From IMG/VR virus record IMGVR_UViG_3300021957_003133, positions 51,467 through 115,466 of that record: a stretch of DNA of 64,000 nt, one strand, 5' to 3'. Position numbers and translations under genes: made by a program. The DNA is from a virus. Shown here piece by piece: positions 39,867 to 47,400 of the stretch; within the stretch, counting starts at the first letter, position 1; every line of letters begins with the position of its first letter. The notes beneath the pieces were generated by a model. The model was not told the origin of the DNA. It did no database searches and worked only from the letters and a program-made list of their open reading frames with translations.

Positions 39867-40442
39867 TTAACCTAAAATAATAGGTTCGTGCTGATCTAAG
39901 AAAGCAGATACTTCCTTATAACTGCGGCGAAACTTAAATTGTAGTGCTTCTCTCGAACCGTTACATTGAATCTCATGAGGTAAGCTTGGGTCTATTAACC
40001 AAGCAGTGTTTACTATAGACGGGTATGAGTAAGGAACATCATTGTCCCAGCTGGTAGTAACAGCATCGGGGTCTTCACAGCTAATAACGAAATTTATATT
40101 GCATACGTCCGATGAGTCTTTGTAATCCGTATGTTTTTTTACATTTTGTAAAGATTTATGATAAAGTATAATAGGATCAAAGTCTGCAAAAAGATCTATT
40201 GCTTGTTTGGCCCACGGAAGTTTAGAAAGCAATAGATCACCACTTAAAAATCCCCAATTTTTTGAATGGATGCCGGTATGATCAACAGCTAAGGTAGTGT
40301 TCCCAAAAAGATATCGTTTTGCATAATCAGTATCATAATCAACATCGGGCGTACAATGTTTACTTTTTTCATATATGATATCATGTATTTTTCTTACATC
40401 AGCCCAATCTTGATGTATGGTTATGTCTACTGATCTTATCAT
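39867..40442 (-). CDS. Cupin/2OG-Fe(II) oxygenase-like protein
   Basis: KHTD (HxD), INF, distal PHEI and R.ALQF; start re-assigned to 40442. Confidence 0.5.
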   Translation of the reverse strand: MIRSVDITIHQDWADVRKIHDIIYEKSKHCTPDVDYDTDYAKRYLFGNTTLAVDHTGIHSKNWGFLSGDLLLSKLPWAKQAIDLFADFDPIILYHKSLQNVKKHTDYKDSSDVCNINFVISCEDPDAVTTSWDNDVPYSYPSIVNTAWLIDPSLPHEIQCNGSREALQFKFRRSYKEVSAFLDQHEPIILG

Positions 40443-40573
40443 ATTAGTACAAATATCACTAGGAATACTGCGACTACATACAAAGCCCATTTCTCAGGTC
40501 CTTCTATGTTACCGCGTTTTTTAGATTCGTTACGTGCTTGTCTCCAAACGTCTTTCCAATCGATCTTCTTCAT
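40439..40573 (-). CDS. Small membrane protein, 44 aa (not in ORF track)
   Basis: MKKIDWKDVWRQARNESKKRGNIEGPEKWALYVVAVFLVIFVLI; ATAAATA 7 nt upstream. Confidence 0.6.
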   Translation of the reverse strand: MKKIDWKDVWRQARNESKKRGNIEGPEKWALYVVAVFLVIFVLI

Positions 40574-40591
40574 AGTAAAGTATTTATGAAC

Positions 40592-41179
40592 TTACCAGAT
40601 ACTAAGTTTTCTTAAATCAGGATATTGTTTGAATTTATATTGTTCTTGATGAGAGCCTAGTAGTTCTAGCCCTCTTTTAGCTTCTTCAGGTGTAGGACGA
40701 TAATGATATCCCATTTGGAATGTTTTTTGTTTGGACCAAGGAGTTATTGATAAGTCTCTACCATCGTAACACATAAGCTTTAATTTTTTGTGAAGCTCTT
40801 GATCATCTAGTAGGATAGCACCACCACGCCCAATAGTCATTGGTTTATCATAACCAAAACTCAAACACATTATCTGCCCAGCTTTGTACATATTTTCATA
40901 TAAAGCTCTAGCACTATCCCATATGTTTGTATGCCAAAAGTAATACATACCATTCCAGTTGATGTTATCGTTAAACTCATATTCAACATCAATCTTTTTA
41001 AGCATCATTGGTATTGAAATATAAGTGTGGGGAGTAAGCTGAGTTCTTTTGTAACCTGTTGCTAGAAATGATAGCTCAAGTGCGTGTGTACAACAATCAG
41101 TCATTACTGCGTACTTGGCACCCGTGTATTCTGCTAGTGCTTGTTCAAATTCTGTTATGAGATCAAATGGATTACTCAA
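40592..41179 (-). CDS. Short DegT/DnrJ/EryC1-like PLP-dependent aminotransferase
   Basis: FEQALAEYTGAKYAV..CCTHAL, DSA, CLSFGYDKP..GRGGAIL; only 195 aa. Confidence 0.8.
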   Translation of the reverse strand: MSNPFDLITEFEQALAEYTGAKYAVMTDCCTHALELSFLATGYKRTQLTPHTYISIPMMLKKIDVEYEFNDNINWNGMYYFWHTNIWDSARALYENMYKAGQIMCLSFGYDKPMTIGRGGAILLDDQELHKKLKLMCYDGRDLSITPWSKQKTFQMGYHYRPTPEEAKRGLELLGSHQEQYKFKQYPDLRKLSIW

Positions 41180-42260
41180 TGTTGTCTAGCAATTCTTGTG
41201 CTGAAAAGAATTTTTCAGTAAGACTGTGTGCCTGTGCTTTAACTAGATGTATATTAGTATCATAGTTTTCTACAAACCAACGAACAGTTTCTACGATAAA
41301 CGTTTTGTTCTTTTGATAGCTGTCCCAACTTTCAGTCCATTCGCTTGGATACTTAAACTTATTAGTATACATTTCACTATAACTTAATCTATCAGGAACA
41401 AATGGTACACTATCGACTACTGCTCCTTCGTAACAGCTGATACCTAGTGTTTCCTGCAAGTTAGCACTAAAAACCATTTTACTTTCGCCAAGTAATTTAT
41501 GATATTCATCTTTACTCAATGACTGCTCTTGACATATTACCCAGTCAAATTGTGGCAAACTTTTAGCTAAGTCTTTAAATATATCTACCTGTTTCTCTGG
41601 TGCTATACGATGTGGAAATAATACAAGATCTCGTTTAGCAAGACCTTTGTATTCGTTGAGTGTATCACTCATATACTCCATAGGCCAACCTGTACGCACA
41701 ATCTTTTTCTGATACTTCCATATAGCTAGTTGCCCATCTCTTTCTTTAGCAAGATCCATACCTAACAAGTTCTCGCAGAACATATCAATATGAAAGTCTG
41801 TGGCAAAGTAGTTATGATCAATTGATTCAAAGAAAGCGTGCTCAGTGTGTCTTACCCAATTAGCATCACCTATCAGTCTACCTAAGAAGTCCTGCGGGTC
41901 ATATGATCCAGCGTGCCATAGTGCATGTATAGTTACTTTTATTCCAAGTAACTCACTCATATACTTTAGGTTAATGATACCAGGATGCCAAGCGTCAGTA
42001 AAGATAACGTGATCCCCACTGTGTACTTTACCACTAGTGAACAAGCGACTGAGTTCCTCAACTTGTCTAGCCTTGTATATGTTAGTACCACCAAAGTTAA
42101 GAAAAGCGCCAGGAGTAGTGGCATTGGGAATATCACTAGGTCCTTCAATAATTGTAACATTGTGTCCGTTGTCCTTTAATAGTTTAGGTACGTGAGTTTT
42201 CCATTGTCCAGTGTATCTGGATTCAACTGCTTCTAGATCAACTAAGAACACATTGCTCAC
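41172..42260 (-). CDS. Glycosyltransferase (GT-B, GT4-like)
   Basis: FPHRIAPEKQ, ETLGISCYEG, PDRLSYSE. Confidence 0.75.
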   Translation of the reverse strand: MSNVFLVDLEAVESRYTGQWKTHVPKLLKDNGHNVTIIEGPSDIPNATTPGAFLNFGGTNIYKARQVEELSRLFTSGKVHSGDHVIFTDAWHPGIINLKYMSELLGIKVTIHALWHAGSYDPQDFLGRLIGDANWVRHTEHAFFESIDHNYFATDFHIDMFCENLLGMDLAKERDGQLAIWKYQKKIVRTGWPMEYMSDTLNEYKGLAKRDLVLFPHRIAPEKQVDIFKDLAKSLPQFDWVICQEQSLSKDEYHKLLGESKMVFSANLQETLGISCYEGAVVDSVPFVPDRLSYSEMYTNKFKYPSEWTESWDSYQKNKTFIVETVRWFVENYDTNIHLVKAQAHSLTEKFFSAQELLDNIE

Positions 42261-42688
42261 AGTGTTATTCTCTGTGAAGGTCTTGTAGTATTGTATTCAG
42301 TTTCACTACCATTTTCGTTATCTTCTGCAACTGAAATTTTAACATCTCTAGCTGGATACTTTTCAGCAATCTTCAAGTAAAGTGCATCTGATATCATTTC
42401 ACAGCTTTGATAGTCAAGTTCTAATTCACCACCTGTTTGATATAAACTTTCACACCAGCGTTTGAACTGTATAAACTCTAGATCTCTGTCATCGTGGAAT
42501 ACTTGTATCCAAACACGGAAATGGAATATGTGTCTGTGAGGATGACCTAAGAAACTAACGTCTGCTAGTTTAGGATCATCAAGTGCGGCTGGATAATAGT
42601 GAATACCTTCACGCTGGAAAGTAACCCATATCATCTTTCTAGCATCAGCCATGATTTTGTCTACACGTTCTCTTTGTTCTTGGTTCAT
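42257..42688 (-). CDS. QueD-like T-fold protein, DpdL-like (candidate CDG decarboxylase)
   Basis: EGIH..P, LGHPHRHIF (LxxxHRHxF), RDLEFI, SCEM, VAEDNENG. Confidence 0.65.
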   Translation of the reverse strand: MNQEQRERVDKIMADARKMIWVTFQREGIHYYPAALDDPKLADVSFLGHPHRHIFHFRVWIQVFHDDRDLEFIQFKRWCESLYQTGGELELDYQSCEMISDALYLKIAEKYPARDVKISVAEDNENGSETEYNTTRPSQRITL

Positions 42689-42882
42689 AGTTCGTCTAAT
42701 GCCTCTAACATGTCATGTGCATGTGCAATTTTTTCTAATTCTTTCTCTACTGTTTCTGAATAATCAATATGCTCTGCAACACCTTGTGGATTATTTATAA
42801 ACAGTGTGATATTAGTTTTGCTAATTTCAATTTGATTCTCATACTTTGCTCTAAGATTATTAAGTATCACTGATGTTGCCAT
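42685..42882 (-). CDS. Small hypothetical protein
   Basis: NPQGVAEH motif; GGAGG RBS. Confidence 0.6.
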   Translation of the reverse strand: MATSVILNNLRAKYENQIEISKTNITLFINNPQGVAEHIDYSETVEKELEKIAHAHDMLEALDEL

Positions 42883-43406
42883 TATTCTTCCTCCTTAATG
42901 ATTTCGTCTTTTCCATATTCTGACCATATAGTCATTCGATCGTAACTTTTTAATTTGTCTAATGAATGACACCACACACCGTCATTGGTTGCATTAAAGT
43001 CTATGTCATCTATCTTAATAGTAGTGTTATCGTTATACTGCTCAATGTTAGGTAGTTTAACTGATATCTGTGTTATGAAACCTTCAAACTCATTGAGTTG
43101 TTCTAACCATTTACACTTCTTTTGAACGTGCTTAATGTCTAAGTCCAATGTTACTTTATAACCTAAACGTAAGACATGTTCAATTTGACGTACCCACTCA
43201 CCAATGTTCTCTCCATCAAATGATTGGTTGGCTCCGAAGTATACATGATCGCATTCATGTTTTGTGGCGATATCGGTAATTTGCTCCGGAGCCATAACTC
43301 CAACAACAAACAGTGTGCGTAAATTAAATGCAGGCGTAACTTCTACTTCATCACCCACAAAATATTTTACGTCTGTTGCACTACCTGTTGCGTAATCTCT
43401 TTTCAT
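42882..43406 (-). CDS. Hypothetical protein within the deazaguanine locus
   Basis: Start re-assigned to MKRDY, 6 nt after TTGACT-N17-TATAAT (43413-43441); HVYFGANQSF, KIDDIDFNATNDGVWCH. Confidence 0.6.
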   Translation of the reverse strand: MKRDYATGSATDVKYFVGDEVEVTPAFNLRTLFVVGVMAPEQITDIATKHECDHVYFGANQSFDGENIGEWVRQIEHVLRLGYKVTLDLDIKHVQKKCKWLEQLNEFEGFITQISVKLPNIEQYNDNTTIKIDDIDFNATNDGVWCHSLDKLKSYDRMTIWSEYGKDEIIKEEE

Positions 43407-43437
43407 AATAGTATTATACAGTATATTATGTTCAAAG

Positions 43438-43785
43438 TCAATACTTCTGTTTCTCAGCAATAACACCACGTACACCGCCTCTAGGATCTGCACAATCGCC
43501 GTCTGTGCGTGGAATCATGTGTATATGAGGATACATAACAGTCTGTCCTGCTGACTCGCCTATGTTTTGTCCTATGTTAAATCCAGTGCAATATTCTTTT
43601 TGAAATAGATCTATACCCCATTCGTATGCGGCCAAGTATGTGATCATAAAACAGTTAGGAGTATCTTGCTTAGGAACAAACAGCAAGTGTCCTTTGGTTA
43701 CAGGATACTTGTCTTCAAACACTAGATAATCTTTATTCTCTACTAAAGGTGTTGATTCGTACCAGGGAGTGTCTTCTAGTTTCAT
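43438..43785 (-). CDS. HIT-family nucleotide hydrolase
   Basis: DKYPVTKGHLLFVP, GFNIGQN.G..AGQTV.YPHIHMIPR. Confidence 0.92.
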   Translation of the reverse strand: MKLEDTPWYESTPLVENKDYLVFEDKYPVTKGHLLFVPKQDTPNCFMITYLAAYEWGIDLFQKEYCTGFNIGQNIGESAGQTVMYPHIHMIPRTDGDCADPRGGVRGVIAEKQKY

Positions 43786-43904
43786 ATCTTTTTGTTAATC
43801 CATCTAATGATTGCGTAAACAACGAGACCAAGTATTATATACATAATCCCATCGAACCAACTAATGTCGTTTAATAAATCTGCTGTAATAAATGATAAGT
43901 CCAT
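43782..43904 (-). CDS. Small membrane protein, 40 aa (not in ORF track)
   Basis: MDLSFITADLLNDISWFDGIMYIILGLVVYAIIRWINKKI; ATGA overlap with the HIT gene. Confidence 0.6.
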   Translation of the reverse strand: MDLSFITADLLNDISWFDGIMYIILGLVVYAIIRWINKKI

Positions 43905-43905
43905 T

Positions 43906-44088
43906 TTATACTATTCCTTTTTCGAGGTCTTGTTCTATCTTTTGTATGTGTGCTTTGACCTGTGCTTTTTCCATCTTCATCTTATTAAGACTAACATCAT
44001 CTAGGTAATCAGTGTACCCTTGTGAGCACTTTTGGTCAAGTTCTCGGTGTTTAATTTTAAGTGCTTCTAAATGATCTAAATTGCTCAT
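43906..44088 (-). CDS. DUF465/YdcH-like small coiled-coil protein
   Basis: LEALKIKHRELD...KMKMEKAQVK pattern. Confidence 0.55.
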   Translation of the reverse strand: MSNLDHLEALKIKHRELDQKCSQGYTDYLDDVSLNKMKMEKAQVKAHIQKIEQDLEKGIV

Positions 44089-45656
44089 GTTTCCTCCATT
44101 TCGAGTTTGTCTAATTTATCTTCATCTAATTCAACTTCTTGGTCTGTGGTTTCCTCCTCTGCTTCTTGTTCAAACAAATTACTAAACATAGCACTAGCGT
44201 TAACAGTTTTCTTGCCAATGGCACCTCTGGTACCTATAATCGACATCCAAAACTTACTGAATTCTTCAATGATTGCCAATGCTTCACTTTTGTCTGCTGT
44301 AGCAAATATTGCGTCAACAATGTCTTTAAAGTATAAACGATCAAAACTTTCTTGAACTAACATCTTAGGAACTATACCGTTATCATACTTGATGTTTGCT
44401 TGTTGCACGGCATTCAAATGACTCCAAACATTATGCCCCATCTGTAATGCGTAGCTAAATGAGTCCCATGATGTTTTACCTTCTTTACCTATTTTATTTA
44501 GGTCACCTGGAGCATAGTGACAAATATCATTTATCTGCAATCTAGCACTTATAGGAGATTCAGTAAAGTTTTCAAATATTTTATCTTGTAGTACAGCATC
44601 TCTCAAACGTCTAGTATCTGTTGCATATTTCTTATCATCAACACTAGGCACCATTCTGTAAGTCCATTTTGCTCTGTCTTCAGTTTCTGTTTGTATATAC
44701 ACCTGCCCGTTGGCACTAGCTAAGAAAGGTGACGCACAATCAAATGATATAGTAAAGTTAGGATTAACGTATTTCCTAACTGCACGTTGTACATCAGTTA
44801 ATAAACATGCCCACTCTAGTTTCGATGTTCCTAAAAAGTGCATCCAATCATGTAAGCCTTCTTGTAACAGATTATCATGCCTTAGTTCAACTAGTCTGCG
44901 TAAGACTAAATGTATATCACACATATTCTGTCCACCCATTGCCCAACCATTGAATGGTTTTTCATATTGCGTAGGATCACAGTATTTTTTCATCCTATCA
45001 TACCAATCATCTGCTTCTGCGTGATTCTCACCTTGTAATACATTTAAGAACTTACACGCACCAGTACGGTTAGCCATAAAGTAGTCGTTGTTTATATAAG
45101 TTCCTTCAACGGCCTCAATATATGAAGTTATGCCTGTTTTCTCACGTCCATTAGGACTACGACATACCCATGCTGGAATATCTAATATCATACCATAGTC
45201 CATATAAGCATCCATCCACGCTAGCACTTGCTCACGTTTCTTTTGTGCTTTAGGACACGCAGGGTTTTTCCAATCACCTTCCCATACACCTTTACCTATC
45301 TGGAACCCGCCACTGTCACCTAATACAAAACTATTAGCTCGATCTCTATTACGTATCATATCTTCTTTTGGTGCATGCTTGTTAATATCTAATTCAGCAT
45401 GTCCTGCTGAGTACAAAGCCCATTTATAAGGGAAGTATGCTTCATCTTTATTAAGCCAATTTAATCCTTCTACGCCATTTTCGAAATCTTTAGGAACACG
45501 TCCCATTGGAACATAATTACCATTGTCGTACTTTTTGTTGTCAGGTTCTTTATGCCTTTGCTTACCTATATACGTAGCATAAAATCCACTAAGTGCTGGT
45601 AAGAATACTGCATAGTCCTTTTGTTTTGCTGTTAAGTTGTCTATTTCAAATGTCAT
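44085..45656 (-). CDS. tRNA-guanine transglycosylase-fold protein, divergent DpdA-like (DpdA3-type)
   Basis: DSGGFQ, MILDIP, LNVLQG, GWAMGG, HFLG and SFDCAS follow the TGT/DpdA motif order; FolE/QueD/QueE are nearby. Confidence 0.75.
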   Translation of the reverse strand: MTFEIDNLTAKQKDYAVFLPALSGFYATYIGKQRHKEPDNKKYDNGNYVPMGRVPKDFENGVEGLNWLNKDEAYFPYKWALYSAGHAELDINKHAPKEDMIRNRDRANSFVLGDSGGFQIGKGVWEGDWKNPACPKAQKKREQVLAWMDAYMDYGMILDIPAWVCRSPNGREKTGITSYIEAVEGTYINNDYFMANRTGACKFLNVLQGENHAEADDWYDRMKKYCDPTQYEKPFNGWAMGGQNMCDIHLVLRRLVELRHDNLLQEGLHDWMHFLGTSKLEWACLLTDVQRAVRKYVNPNFTISFDCASPFLASANGQVYIQTETEDRAKWTYRMVPSVDDKKYATDTRRLRDAVLQDKIFENFTESPISARLQINDICHYAPGDLNKIGKEGKTSWDSFSYALQMGHNVWSHLNAVQQANIKYDNGIVPKMLVQESFDRLYFKDIVDAIFATADKSEALAIIEEFSKFWMSIIGTRGAIGKKTVNASAMFSNLFEQEAEEETTDQEVELDEDKLDKLEMEET

Positions 45657-46387
45657 TATTTGCTTTGTGCTGGTAATATATAATTGTAAGTTGCTAATCC
45701 ACTGTTTACAGTAATCTGTGCCGCTCCTTCATCTGATATACTAAATGTTTTATCGCCCGATAAACCTAAGATTGCTATCACAGCATTTACTGGCCATGCC
45801 CATGCTTTTGTCAATGTCCCAGTAATATCACCTTGGAACACAAAGTTGCCTGCATGACTTGAATGATCACCAAAGAATAATTTAAGATCTGTTCCTTCAG
45901 TTTTAGCTGTAAAGTTAAGTTCCTCAGCATTAGCCTGAGCCATGAACTTTAATCTTTGTATGTTTGCAACACTAGGTTCAAACTCTACATTCCACGATAC
46001 CTGTCTCATTTTTACAGTTTTAAGTTTATCATTGACAATTTCTTGACTCATAAAACGATAGTTATTTTTAAAGTCTCCGTTTGCATTTTCAAAATTAAGT
46101 CCAACTGCTACATTTTCACCGTTGCGTTCTTGTGTAGCAAGTTCTATTTTAGCATTATCTTTATATTCTGAAATACCTAAAATAGTGCTTAGTTTACCAA
46201 GATTGGGCATACCAAATGTACCTTTAAATTCTGGCACTGCGTTGTTTAATTTTGCTTGTACAATAACACTACGATCTTCTGCTAATGCTTCGATCGCTGT
46301 TTCTGTATCTGTTCCTGTAATTTTAACTAGGTCAATTATACCTAGTCCATATGTGTTCTTAACAATGTCTAATAGATGATCTTTCAT
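45656..46387 (-). CDS. Probable DNA polymerase sliding clamp (gp45-like)
   Basis: 243 aa alpha/beta pattern ending YNYILPAQ; near the DNA polymerase; composite promoter at 46409-46437. Confidence 0.6.
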   Translation of the reverse strand: MKDHLLDIVKNTYGLGIIDLVKITGTDTETAIEALAEDRSVIVQAKLNNAVPEFKGTFGMPNLGKLSTILGISEYKDNAKIELATQERNGENVAVGLNFENANGDFKNNYRFMSQEIVNDKLKTVKMRQVSWNVEFEPSVANIQRLKFMAQANAEELNFTAKTEGTDLKLFFGDHSSHAGNFVFQGDITGTLTKAWAWPVNAVIAILGLSGDKTFSISDEGAAQITVNSGLATYNYILPAQSK

Positions 46388-46451
46388 TTAGTTCTCCTTT
46401 GATATATTATTATATACATATTATTTAGGTTTTGCAAGTAGTTTGATAAAT

Positions 46452-47387
46452 TTAATTTGGCGACTTTAATACTACCTTTCCTAGAGCTTGATGTAACTTT
46501 GATGTAGTTAGTTTACCAGGTTTTTTAATCTCTGCAAAACTACCAAATTCATCATAATCTGTTAACGCCACAATCTCGTATCCTATTTTTTCAACTAGTT
46601 GTTTAAGTTTGTTTGCGTTATAGTAACTAATTTTTTGATCTTCGCAGTGATCTATTAGATTACTAGTTATGCAGTCGTTAAACCCAAACATCAAAACTCC
46701 TCCTGGTCTTAACAAATCAAATATCCTAGTAATTGCAAGTTCTACATAATCACTATGCAAATATTTAAATGCCCACAAACAAAACACTAGACTAAATTGT
46801 CCTTGCGGAAAACTTCGGAAATTTAAATTTCTAAGTTCATACGATCTTAATCTATTCTGGTATCCACGTGGGTACTCTTCTACGATATCATTCAATGCAC
46901 TTAAAGAAGTTCCTGTAATATACAACGGATCCATGGTTGTCATCGGTTTAATCCATTCAGCATCATTGGGGAATATTTGCAATCCTGGATACCGCCAGTT
47001 ACTACCGTAGAGTCTGACTTTATTTTTTATGTCTTCTTTAACTTTATCTGGTATTTGTAATTTCAATAAATGTTGATATACGATATCAACCGTAAAGATT
47101 TCTTTATATTCTTCAAACATTTCGTCTGACCATTTGTTAATATCATTATCAACTTCGACAATGAGCTCTTGTAATTGATCAGTAACTTTATCGTATTCTT
47201 TTGCTAATGTTTCACACTGCTGATGCATTGATAATAAGCTGTCTGAGTATTGGTTGAAGGTTTCTCTTGTAGTTACTAGTGTTCTATCTAGTAATCCGAT
47301 GTTATCAGATAGAGGAGTACGAGTTAATCTACTGTTGATTAAATCTAGTAAAAGTTTTCGATAGAGACATAAGTCTCTCAGTTTCAT
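46452..47387 (-). CDS. Coiled-coil + degenerate class I SAM-methyltransferase-like protein
   Basis: FPQGQFSLVF and LLRPGGVLMF motifs; glycine-rich motif I degenerate; start re-assigned to MKLRDL. Confidence 0.55.
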   Translation of the reverse strand: MKLRDLCLYRKLLLDLINSRLTRTPLSDNIGLLDRTLVTTRETFNQYSDSLLSMHQQCETLAKEYDKVTDQLQELIVEVDNDINKWSDEMFEEYKEIFTVDIVYQHLLKLQIPDKVKEDIKNKVRLYGSNWRYPGLQIFPNDAEWIKPMTTMDPLYITGTSLSALNDIVEEYPRGYQNRLRSYELRNLNFRSFPQGQFSLVFCLWAFKYLHSDYVELAITRIFDLLRPGGVLMFGFNDCITSNLIDHCEDQKISYYNANKLKQLVEKIGYEIVALTDYDEFGSFAEIKKPGKLTTSKLHQALGKVVLKSPN

Positions 47388-47400
47388 AGTCGGGTTCGTA

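Noticed and set aside
44085-45656. Canonical tRNA-modifying Tgt (queuosine pathway)
   Set aside because: Lacks the C-terminal CxCxxC zinc site; no QueC, QueF or QueA in the window; the replication context favours a DNA-related role.
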